A DNA stretch of 45,169 nucleotides from Flavobacteriaceae bacterium (GCA_023700885.1 JAMPYA010000001.1:1-45169); one strand, 5' to 3'; positions 19,471 through 27,223 are shown, counted from the stretch's first letter. Made by a program: numbers and translations. Notes: generated by a model not told the origin, from the sequence alone.

Positions 19471-20178
19471 TTATCCTTGAACTGTAGTTCCAATATTTTC
19501 TCCAGAAACCACTTTAAGTAAGTTTCCTTTTTTATTCATATCAAATACAATAATTGGTAATTTATTTTCCTGACTTAGAGTAAATGCAGTAGTGTCCATA
19601 ATTTTTAAATTTTTGGAGATGGCATCATTAAATGATAAAGTATCATATTTTGTTGCATTTAAGTCTTTCTCAGGATCAGCAGTATAAATTCCATCAACTC
19701 GTGTTCCTTTTAAAATGGCATCAGCATTTATTTCAATAGCTCGAAGAACAGCTGCAGTATCAGTAGTGAAATAAGGATTTCCAGTTCCACCTCCAAAAAT
19801 TACAACTCTACCTTTTTCTAAATGCCTAACAGCGCGTCTTTTAATAAAGGGTTCTGCAATTTGTTCCATTTTAATAGCAGTTTGCAAACGGGTTTTAATA
19901 CCTTTATCTTCTATAGCACTTTGAAGCGCTAATCCGTTTACAATGGTTGCTAGCATTCCCATATAATCTGCTTGAACGCGGTCTATTCCATTCCCAGCAC
20001 CAGCAACTCCTCTGAAGATATTACCACCTCCAATTACAATAGCAATTTCAACACCTTTTTCTATTAATTCTTTTATTTCGATAGCGTATTCTGATAATCT
20101 TTTTGGATCGATTCCGTATTGGCGATCTCCCATTAGTGATTCTCCGCTTAATTTTAATAGAATTCTTTTATATTTCAT
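19471..20178 (-). CDS. pyrH: UMP kinase
   Basis: [15 protein letters not shown] is the canonical PyrH N-terminus, with GGGNIFRG also present. The 11 extra codons in the ORF track (up to 20211) lie inside the repeated leader and are probably not translated. Confidence 0.93.
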   Translation of the reverse strand: MKYKRILLKLSGESLMGDRQYGIDPKRLSEYAIEIKELIEKGVEIAIVIGGGNIFRGVAGAGNGIDRVQADYMGMLATIVNGLALQSAIEDKGIKTRLQTAIKMEQIAEPFIKRRAVRHLEKGRVVIFGGGTGNPYFTTDTAAVLRAIEINADAILKGTRVDGIYTADPEKDLNATKYDTLSFNDAISKNLKIMDTTAFTLSQENKLPIIVFDMNKKGNLLKVVSGENIGTTVQG

Positions 20179-20282
20179 ATGTGAATATTTTATTTGTTTT
20201 TCATTTTTCATATGGAATACGCCAGTTTGATTAAAATATTCTCATCAAAGTTTGTGTTTTTGCAAACATGGCTATTTCATAA
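20173..20282 (-). repeat. 110-bp leader element, copy 1 (upstream of pyrH)
   Basis: 104 of 110 positions are identical to 23752-23861. It ends at the start codon plus first Lys codon of pyrH and lies downstream of the predicted pyrH promoter box. Confidence 0.9.
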
Positions 20283-20348
20283 GTAATTATTTGTTTTTTA
20301 TAGTCAGATAGAATTTGCCATTAATCATTATTGATTTGGAAAGTTTAG

Positions 20349-20356
20349 CAAATATA
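20349..20356 (-). promoter_or_regulatory. -7 promoter box TATATTTG for pyrH
   Basis: Exact TAnnTTTG on the minus strand. It predicts a 5' UTR of roughly 165 nt that contains the 110-bp element. Confidence 0.45.
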
Positions 20357-20381
20357 CTAATTAGCGCTAATGTATTAAAAT

Positions 20382-20411
20382 AAAAAAACCACGTTAATTA
20401 ACGTGGTTTTT
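20382..20411. terminator. Bidirectional palindromic terminator after tsf
   Basis: A7-CCACGTTAATTAACGTGG-T5 is a perfect 18-bp palindrome 20 nt downstream of the tsf stop. Confidence 0.85.
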
Positions 20412-20430
20412 GAATATGATTAGATATAGT

Positions 20431-21252
20431 TTAACCTAAAGCTACTCTTTTAAAGCTAACAACACTTACATCGCCAATAGTTTTAACATATTGAGCAACA
20501 CTCATTTTGCTATCTTTGATAAAATCTTGATTAACTAAAGTATTGTCTTTAAAGAATCTTTGAAGTTTACCTTTAGCAATATTTTCTAACATAGCTTCTG
20601 GTTTACCCTCTTGGCGTAACACGTCTTTTGCAATTTCAATTTCTTTATCAATAACTGATTGATCAACAGATGCTTCATCAAGTGCAACTGGATTCATTGC
20701 GGCAGCTTGCATTGCAACATCTTTAGCAACCACTTCAGCACCTTCTACTTTTGCAGAAAGACCTACTAATGTTGAAATTTTATTACCAGCATGAATGTAG
20801 TAACCTACAAATGGAGCTGAAACTTTTTCAAAAGTACCAATCTCAATTTTCTCACCAATAACACCTGTTTGCTCAATTAATTTTTCAGCAACAGTTGTGT
20901 CTTCAAACTTAGCATTTAAGAAATCTTCTCTAGAATCAAAGTTTAAAGCAATTTCAGCCATTTGATTAGCCAATGCAACGAAATTATCATTTTTAGCAAC
21001 GAAGTCAGTTTCACAATTTAAAGAAACAATAACTCCAGAAGTTTTAGCATCATTAACTTTAGCAATAACTGCACCTTCGGTTGATTCTCTATCAGCTCTG
21101 TTTGCAGCAACTTTTTGTCCTTTTTTACGAAGGATTTCAATAGCTAGTTCGAAATCACCATCTGATTCTACTAAAGCTTTTTTACAATCCATCATTCCAG
21201 CACCTGTAGTCTGTCTTAATTTATTTACCTCTGCGGCTGTGATATTTGCCAT
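20431..21252 (-). CDS. tsf: Translation elongation factor Ts
   Basis: 273 aa. MANITAAEVNKLRQTTGAGMMDCKKAL is the canonical EF-Ts UBA-like N-terminus. Confidence 0.95.
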   Translation of the reverse strand: MANITAAEVNKLRQTTGAGMMDCKKALVESDGDFELAIEILRKKGQKVAANRADRESTEGAVIAKVNDAKTSGVIVSLNCETDFVAKNDNFVALANQMAEIALNFDSREDFLNAKFEDTTVAEKLIEQTGVIGEKIEIGTFEKVSAPFVGYYIHAGNKISTLVGLSAKVEGAEVVAKDVAMQAAAMNPVALDEASVDQSVIDKEIEIAKDVLRQEGKPEAMLENIAKGKLQRFFKDNTLVNQDFIKDSKMSVAQYVKTIGDVSVVSFKRVALG

Positions 21253-21277
21253 CTTTTTAAATTTTAACTATTTTAAA

Positions 21278-22105
21278 TTATTCTTCGTTATCGTTGTCAA
21301 TATCCTCAACATCTACATCCGTATCTTCAACAGTAACTTCTTCTTTTACAATTTTAGCATCTTTTTTAGGTGCTCTTTTCTCTGGCTTATCTGTAGCTTT
21401 TACTTCTTTTGGATCTTCTTTTCTGTTAGATAATCCGTCAGCAATAGCTTCCATAATATAACTTAATACTTTTTCAATTGATTTTGAAGCATCATCGTTT
21501 GATGGAATTACATAATCAATTGGGCGTGGATCAGAGTTAGTATCAACCATTGCAAAGATTGGAATATTTAAATTCAAAGCTTCAGCAACAGCAATATGTT
21601 CGTTTTTAGTATCAATAACAAATATGGCACCAGGTAAACGAGTCATATCAGCAATTGAACCTAAGTTTTTCTCTAACTTAGCTCTTAAACGATCTATTTG
21701 TAATTTTTCTCTTTTTGAAAGTTGTTCAAAAGAACCATCTTGTTTCATACGGTCAATTGAAGACATTTTTTTAACCGCTTTACGAATAGTAACAAAATTA
21801 GTTAACATTCCTCCAGGCCATCTTTCTGTAATATAAGGCATATTTACGCTTGCAGCTTTTTCAGCAACAATGTCTTTAGCTTGTTTTTTGGTAGCTACAA
21901 AAAGAACTTTTCTGCCTGAAGCAGCAATTTTTCTCAATGCGTCAGCGGCTTCTTCAATTTTAGCAGCAGTTTTGTAAAGGTCAATTATATGAACATCATT
22001 ACGTTCAGTATAAATGTACGGAGCCATGTTTGGGTTCCATTTTCTGGTAAGGTGACCAAAGTGTACACCAGCATCCAGTAATTCTTTAATTTCGATTTTT
22101 GTCAT
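21278..22105 (-). CDS. rpsB: 30S ribosomal protein S2 with acidic/lysine-rich C-terminal tail
   Basis: LLDAGVHFGHLTRKWNPNMAPYIY is the canonical S2 signature. tsf starts 25 nt downstream. Confidence 0.95.
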   Translation of the reverse strand: MTKIEIKELLDAGVHFGHLTRKWNPNMAPYIYTERNDVHIIDLYKTAAKIEEAADALRKIAASGRKVLFVATKKQAKDIVAEKAASVNMPYITERWPGGMLTNFVTIRKAVKKMSSIDRMKQDGSFEQLSKREKLQIDRLRAKLEKNLGSIADMTRLPGAIFVIDTKNEHIAVAEALNLNIPIFAMVDTNSDPRPIDYVIPSNDDASKSIEKVLSYIMEAIADGLSNRKEDPKEVKATDKPEKRAPKKDAKIVKEEVTVEDTDVDVEDIDNDNEE

Positions 22106-22138
22106 TTTGTTATATAGTTTACGTTCCGTCGAGTTAGC

Positions 22139-22174
22139 AATAGGTAAGTAGTGATTAAATCAGTCTTACCTATT
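22139..22174 (-). promoter_or_regulatory. Extended hairpin in the rpsI-rpsB spacer (candidate rpsB leader structure)
   Basis: AATAGGTAAG (22139-22148) pairs perfectly with CTTACCTATT (22165-22174). An inner TGA/TCA stem lies in the 16-nt loop. The hairpin sits 33 nt upstream of the rpsB ATG and has no following U-run. Confidence 0.5.
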
Positions 22175-22280
22175 TGGATGCTAAACTTTCATTCTTTTTA
22201 TTGAATAACGACAATTTATTAATATTTTTTTGAATAATTTGATAACAGTTGTAATTATGTTTTGTAACACAAATACAATA

Positions 22281-22667
22281 TTAACGTTTAGAGAATTGGA
22301 ATCTCTTACGAGCTTTTTTCTGACCAAATTTCTTGCGTTCAACCATTCTTGGATCTCTTGTAAGCAATCCTTCAGGTTTTAAGATTGCTCTAAAATCTGC
22401 GTTAATAGCAATTAAAGCTCTTGAAATACCTAAACGTATTGCTTCTGCCTGACCAGTAACCCCACCACCATAAACGTTTACTTTAATGTTGTAATCATTT
22501 AGAGTGTTAGTTAATACTAATGGTTGCATTACTTTATATTGTAAAGACGCAGTAGTTAAGTAGTTGTTTAAATCTCTTTTGTTAATAACAACACTTCCGT
22601 TTCCTTTAGAAACATATACACGCGCAACAGCTGTTTTTCTTCTACCTATTTTATGTACTACTTCCAT
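22281..22667 (-). CDS. rpsI: 30S ribosomal protein S9
   Basis: 128 aa. Contains GRRKTAVARVYV and GGGVTGQAEAIRLGISRAL, and ends in KARKRFQFSKR. Confidence 0.95.
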   Translation of the reverse strand: MEVVHKIGRRKTAVARVYVSKGNGSVVINKRDLNNYLTTASLQYKVMQPLVLTNTLNDYNIKVNVYGGGVTGQAEAIRLGISRALIAINADFRAILKPEGLLTRDPRMVERKKFGQKKARKRFQFSKR

Positions 22668-23122
22668 TATCTTAAGTCGTTTAAGTTAATTAATTGAGGA
22701 TTTTGAGCTGTTTGTTTATGCTCAGCTCCTTCATATACATATAAATTTCTGAACAAAGCGCTTCCTAATTTGTTTTTAGGTAACATTCCTTTAACTGCTT
22801 TTTCTACTAATTTAGTGGCATCTTTTTGATGTACTTCAGTTGCAGTTAATGTTCTTTGTCCGCCTGGATATCCAGTGTGACGAACGTAAATTTTGTCGTC
22901 CCATTTTTTTCCAGTAAGGTTGATTTTTTCAGCGTTTATTACGATAACGTTGTCACCGCAATCTACGTGAGGAGTGTAGTTGGTCTTGTATTTACCTCTT
23001 ATAAGCATTGCTACTTTAGAAGCTAAACGACCCAATGAATGTCCGTCCGCATCAACAACTAACCATTCTTTTGTAACGGTGTTTTTGTTTGCTGATACTG
23101 TTTTGTAACTTAATGTGTTCAC
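22667..23122 (-). CDS. rplM: 50S ribosomal protein L13 (GTG start)
   Basis: 151 aa. Contains WLVVDADGHSLGRLASKVAMLIRGKYK. The stop overlaps the rpsI ATG (TAATG). Confidence 0.93.
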   Translation of the reverse strand: MNTLSYKTVSANKNTVTKEWLVVDADGHSLGRLASKVAMLIRGKYKTNYTPHVDCGDNVIVINAEKINLTGKKWDDKIYVRHTGYPGGQRTLTATEVHQKDATKLVEKAVKGMLPKNKLGSALFRNLYVYEGAEHKQTAQNPQLINLNDLR

Positions 23123-23177
23123 ACTATTAGTTTTTGTACTTGATTAAACAATAATTTTTTCCCTTCAATAAGGTTTG

Positions 23178-23185
23178 CAAAGGTA
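23178..23185 (-). promoter_or_regulatory. -7 promoter box TACCTTTG for rplM-rpsI
   Basis: Exact TAnnTTTG on the minus strand, embedded in the 12-bp palindrome CCTTTGCAAACC, about 55 nt upstream of the GTG start. Confidence 0.45.
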
Positions 23186-23322
23186 AAATTAATTATCGAT
23201 TTAACAAACTGCTTTTTAAGCCTAATTTGTAAAATTTTGAGCCTAAAGTATTTTGGAGTCAAGTATCAAAAATTTGGCAACATACAATTCAAATTGTTAA
23301 TACTATTTAGTTTTAATAATTG

Positions 23323-23757
23323 TCAATTGATAAGATATTCTTTAAGTCGTTGTTTGATGAAATAATTCCATCCTTCAATACAACTTTCTCTTGCAAATTC
23401 AGGATATTGTTGCGGAAAATTTTCCAAGCCCTCATTGGTAAGAATTAATTTAGTTTGATTGTTTTCTTCTATCAATTCAAAAGTAACAATGCCTTCACCA
23501 GAAATATTTTCATATTTCCAGCTGTAAACAATTTTTTTGTAGGGAATGACTTCGATGATTTCCCACTGATGAAGAAAATCTCTGCTGGGTGCTTGTACAT
23601 TAAACGCTGTTTTAAAACCAACTTCAGCTTTAAAAGATGGAATATTCTCAAAAAACCATTGTTTCATTTGGTCTAACTGAGTTATTGCATTCCAAACGGT
23701 TCGGATGTTTTGGTTGAAAAGTTGTTCAATAATGATGGAATTGTAGTAAGTTTTCAT
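23323..23757 (-). CDS. SRPBCC / AHSA1 (Activator of Hsp90 ATPase homolog 1-like) domain protein
   Basis: About 144 aa from MKTYYNSIIIEQLFNQNIRTVWNAITQLDQMKQWFF, typical of START/Bet-v1-like SRPBCC proteins. The upstream codons in the ORF track lie in the repeated leader. Confidence 0.7.
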   Translation of the reverse strand: MKTYYNSIIIEQLFNQNIRTVWNAITQLDQMKQWFFENIPSFKAEVGFKTAFNVQAPSRDFLHQWEIIEVIPYKKIVYSWKYENISGEGIVTFELIEENNQTKLILTNEGLENFPQQYPEFARESCIEGWNYFIKQRLKEYLIN

Positions 23758-23861
23758 ATGTGAATATTTTATTAGTTTTTCATTTGTCATATGGAATACG
23801 CCAGTTTGATTAAAGTATTCTCATCAAAGTTTATGTTTTTATAAACATGGCTATTTCATAA
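23752..23861 (-). repeat. 110-bp leader element, copy 2 (upstream of the SRPBCC gene)
   Basis: 104 of 110 positions are identical to 20173-20282, in the same orientation relative to the downstream gene and with the same register to the ATG. Confidence 0.9.
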
Positions 23862-23969
23862 AAATATATTGTAATGTTTTTTCAACAATGGAGTTTACTC
23901 CCTTGCTAATTATATATAAAAATATTGTTAACCATAAAAAATATATTGTAATAAAATTCCCTTGCTAAT
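23857..23969. repeat. Imperfect tandem duplication immediately downstream of polA
   Basis: CATAAAAATATATTGTAAT (23857-23875) recurs as CATAAAAAATATATTGTAAT (23933-23952). TCCCTTGCTAAT (23899-23910) recurs at 23958-23969, where it covers the polA stop codon. Confidence 0.8.
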
Positions 23970-26790
23970 GAGCTTCTAACCAATCGTTTCCAGTACCAAC
24001 ATCTACTATTAAAGGGAAGCTTAACTGATAAGCATTTTCCATTAGTTTTTTTATCATTGGTAATAGGATTTCCTGTTCCTCTTTATGGATATCAAACACC
24101 AACTCATCATGTACTTGCAATAACATTTTAGATTTACAATGATGATTTTTTAGATAATTATAGATATTAATCATTGCAATTTTAATGATATCTGCGGCAC
24201 TTCCCTGTATTGGAGCATTTACGGCATTTCGTTCATCACCTGATTTTACAACACTATTTTGTGAGTTGATATTGTGTAAATAGCGTCTTCTTCCTAAAAG
24301 TGTTTCTACATATCCTTTTTCTCTGGCAAATTCAATTTGCTTATCAATGAATGATTTTAAGGTGGGATAGGTTTTAAAATAAGTATCAATTAATTCTTTC
24401 GATTCGGTTCGGGTTAAATCGGTTTGCTGACTTAAACCAAACGAAGAAACGCCGTAAATAATTCCGAAATTAACGGTTTTAGCATGACTTCTTTGTTCTT
24501 TAGTTACTTCTTCTAACGGAATATTAAATACTTTTGAAGCTGTAGATTTATGTATGTCCTCTCTATTTTTAAAAGCCTGAACCATGGTTGGATCGCCACT
24601 CATATCAGCAATTAAACGAAGTTCTATTTGAGAATAATCGGCAGATGCCAAAATATAATCATCGTTTCTTGGAATAAATGCTTTTCTAATTGCTCTTCCT
24701 CGTTCTGTTCTAATGGGGATATTTTGTAAATTCGGATTGTTAGAACTTAACCTTCCTGTTGCAGCTACTGCCTGACTAAAAGTGGTGTGAATTTTTCCTG
24801 TTTTTGGATGTACCTCATTGGGCAGCGCATCAACATAAGTATTTTGTAGTTTAATAAATGAACGCCATTCTAAAATATTTGAAATAATAGGATGTTTATT
24901 AACTAAATCAACTAGAATTTCTTCTCCGGTAGCATATTGTCCGGTTTTAGTTTTCTTGGGTTTGTCAATTAATTTTAAATTATCAAATAAGACAACGCCT
25001 AATTGTTTAGGTGATGCTAAATTGAAAGTTTTACCGGCTTGTTCATAGATTAAATTTTCTAAATGATGAATATCATCTGTTAAATCTTTTGAAAGATGTT
25101 TTAAAAAATCAATATCAATTTTAATTCCTTCATATTCCATAGAAGCAAGCACTTTTACTAACGGAATTTCAATTTCATTAAACAGTTTAATCAAGTTGTT
25201 TTTTGTCAGTTCTTTTTCAAAAATTTGCTTAAGTTGAAAGGTAATATCGGCATCTTCAACAGCATATTCTGTTATTTTATCCAAATCTACCAAACGCATA
25301 GTTTGTTGATTTTTTCCTTTTTTACCGATTAAATCTTCAATTGGAATTGGATGATAATTTAAATAAGTTTCGGAAAGCACTTCCATATTATGGCGCATAT
25401 CTGGGTTTATAAGGTAATGTGCCAACATAGTGTCAAATTGAGGGCCCTTAATTTCTATGCCATATTTTATCAAAATTTTTAAATCGTATTTCAGATTTTG
25501 AGCTACTTTTTCAATCGATTCACTTTCAAAAAAAGGTCTAAATTCTTCTAATATTTGATAGGTTTCATCTTGGTTTTCTGGAAATGGTACATAATATCCT
25601 TTGCCTTTTTCATAGGAAAAAGCGATTCCTACTAAAGTTGCTTCAAAAGTGTCTAAACTTGTAGTCTCTGTATCAAAGCAAACTGATTTTTGTTGTAATA
25701 AATAATTGATTAGAAGTTTGCGCGCAATTTTTGTATTAGTTAATTGATAAAAATGTGGGGTATTGGTAATATTTTGATATCCTGAAATTTCAGTTTTTAA
25801 TTTGTTTTCTGTTATGGGTAATGAAAATAAATCGAATTGTTGAGATTCGGATATTGGTTTTTTTATTTCATTTTCTAAAGATTTATTATTCTGAATTTGA
25901 ATCCCTCTCTCTTTAAAAAAACGCATAAAACTTTCGGCCATTTGTCTAAATTCTAACTCTTGAAAAAGCGCCGTAGTTTTTTCAAAATCGGGTTGAGAAA
26001 GTTCAAAATCAGTTTCATCAAATTTAATAGGACAATTAGTAATTATGGTGGCTAATTTTTTGGAGAGAATTCCTAATTCCTTATTAGCTTCTATATTTTC
26101 TTTGAGTTTACCGCTAAGTTGATGCGTATTGGCTAATAGATTTTCTAGACTTCCATATTCTTTTATGAACTTTTTAGCGGTTTTTTCTCCGACACCTGGA
26201 AGTCCAGGAAAATTATCGACAGCATCGCCCATCATCCCAAGAAAATCTATCACTTGTTCTGGGCTATCCACTTCAAATTTTTCTTTTACTTCTTTAACAC
26301 CCCAAATTTCAATTCCATTCCCCATTCGAGATGGTTTATACATAAATATGTTATCAGATACTAATTGTGCAAAATCTTTATCAGGTGTAACCATAAAAAC
26401 CTGATAATTTTCTTTTTCAGCTTGTTTGGCTAATGTTCCAATTAAATCATCAGCTTCAAATCCGCTTTTTTCAATAATAGGAATGTGCATTGCTTCCAAA
26501 AGTTTATGAATAAACGGAATGGCTATTTTAATTGCCTCAGGTGTTTCACTCCGATTAGCTTTATATTCTGGAAAAATATCGTTTCGCATATCAGAACCTC
26601 CTTTGTCAAAAGCTACTGCTAAATGATCTGGATTTTCACGCTTTATAACATCAATTAAAGAATTCATAAAACCTAAAATAGCTGAGGTATCTAATCCTTT
26701 TGAATTGATTCTCGGATTTTTAATAAAGGCGTAATATCCTCTAAAGATTAAAGCATAGGCATCTAAAAGGAATAATTTTTTTTTGGGCAT
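23965..26790 (-). CDS. polA: DNA polymerase I
   Basis: Has the 5'-3' exonuclease, 3'-5' exonuclease and polymerase domains, with RRYLHNINS, the GSAADIIK context and QVHDELVF. Start placed at MPKKKLFLLDAYALIFRGYY (26790) because the predicted -7 box lies only 4 nt from the upstream ATG at 26808. Confidence 0.95.
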   Translation of the reverse strand: MPKKKLFLLDAYALIFRGYYAFIKNPRINSKGLDTSAILGFMNSLIDVIKRENPDHLAVAFDKGGSDMRNDIFPEYKANRSETPEAIKIAIPFIHKLLEAMHIPIIEKSGFEADDLIGTLAKQAEKENYQVFMVTPDKDFAQLVSDNIFMYKPSRMGNGIEIWGVKEVKEKFEVDSPEQVIDFLGMMGDAVDNFPGLPGVGEKTAKKFIKEYGSLENLLANTHQLSGKLKENIEANKELGILSKKLATIITNCPIKFDETDFELSQPDFEKTTALFQELEFRQMAESFMRFFKERGIQIQNNKSLENEIKKPISESQQFDLFSLPITENKLKTEISGYQNITNTPHFYQLTNTKIARKLLINYLLQQKSVCFDTETTSLDTFEATLVGIAFSYEKGKGYYVPFPENQDETYQILEEFRPFFESESIEKVAQNLKYDLKILIKYGIEIKGPQFDTMLAHYLINPDMRHNMEVLSETYLNYHPIPIEDLIGKKGKNQQTMRLVDLDKITEYAVEDADITFQLKQIFEKELTKNNLIKLFNEIEIPLVKVLASMEYEGIKIDIDFLKHLSKDLTDDIHHLENLIYEQAGKTFNLASPKQLGVVLFDNLKLIDKPKKTKTGQYATGEEILVDLVNKHPIISNILEWRSFIKLQNTYVDALPNEVHPKTGKIHTTFSQAVAATGRLSSNNPNLQNIPIRTERGRAIRKAFIPRNDDYILASADYSQIELRLIADMSGDPTMVQAFKNREDIHKSTASKVFNIPLEEVTKEQRSHAKTVNFGIIYGVSSFGLSQQTDLTRTESKELIDTYFKTYPTLKSFIDKQIEFAREKGYVETLLGRRRYLHNINSQNSVVKSGDERNAVNAPIQGSAADIIKIAMINIYNYLKNHHCKSKMLLQVHDELVFDIHKEEQEILLPMIKKLMENAYQLSFPLIVDVGTGNDWLEAH

Positions 26791-26812
26791 TGTAGTTGTT
26801 TTATTCATATTT

Positions 26813-26820
26813 CAAAAGTA
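26813..26820 (-). promoter_or_regulatory. -7 promoter box TACTTTTG for polA
   Basis: Exact TAnnTTTG on the minus strand. Confidence 0.4.
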
Positions 26821-26900
26821 CAAATTGAAAACTAATTTATTCTAGTTTAAAAGATATACTAATATTTTACTAAACCTATAATTTTTATTCAATAAAAGTG

Positions 26901-26908
26901 TATATTTG
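26901..26908 (+). promoter_or_regulatory. -7 promoter box TATATTTG for the thioredoxin-like gene
   Basis: Exact TAnnTTTG, 21 nt upstream of ATG 26930. Confidence 0.5.
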
Positions 26909-26929
26909 GTTGAATAATTTCATTAAAAC

Positions 26930-27223
26930 ATGACCAAATTTGGTGAATTAATTGGGGTTGAAACTCCCATTTTAATCAATTTTTATAAGGCTGAAAAAAG
27001 CTCAGATAACTTGTTAAATATACTTAAAGAAGTTTCTTCTAAAATAGGTCAAAGGGCAAAAATCATAAAAATAGACATCAGTAAAAATGAATTATTAGCA
27101 GATGCATTGAAAATAAAAGGTGGCAGCACTTTTGTTATTTATAAAGATGGAGAAATGAAATGGCGTCTAACTGGTGATACAAATGCCGAAACTTTAGTTC
27201 AATCTCTAGAGCAGTTTATGTAA
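26930..27223 (+). CDS. Thioredoxin-fold protein lacking the CxxC active site
   Basis: 97 aa with thioredoxin-like length and pattern (PILINFY...IIKIDISKNELLADALKIKGGSTFVIYKDGE). The protein contains no cysteine, and the WCGPC position reads AEKSSDN. Confidence 0.65.
   Translation: MTKFGELIGVETPILINFYKAEKSSDNLLNILKEVSSKIGQRAKIIKIDISKNELLADALKIKGGSTFVIYKDGEMKWRLTGDTNAETLVQSLEQFM

Noticed and set aside
20179-20211. The conserved-looking N-terminal extension [11 protein letters not shown] on pyrH, and its twin MTNEKLIKYSH on the SRPBCC gene (23758-23790).
   Set aside because: The similarity comes from the shared 110-bp nucleotide repeat, not from protein conservation. Both proteins begin with canonical family N-termini at the second ATG ([13 protein letters not shown]; MKTYYNSII).
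20212-20286. A small plus-strand ORF inside the repeat, [24 protein letters not shown] (24 aa).
   Set aside because: The second copy has two non-synonymous changes and a premature stop ([17 protein letters not shown], 17 aa). The differences fit RNA or DNA stem pairing better than a coding constraint.
23174-23185. The 12-bp palindrome CCTTTGCAAACC upstream of rplM, considered as a regulator binding site.
   Set aside because: It is largely explained by the promoter box itself (TACCTTTG followed by CAAA). TTTGCAAA-like sequences recur at other promoters in this window, so there is no independent evidence for an operator.
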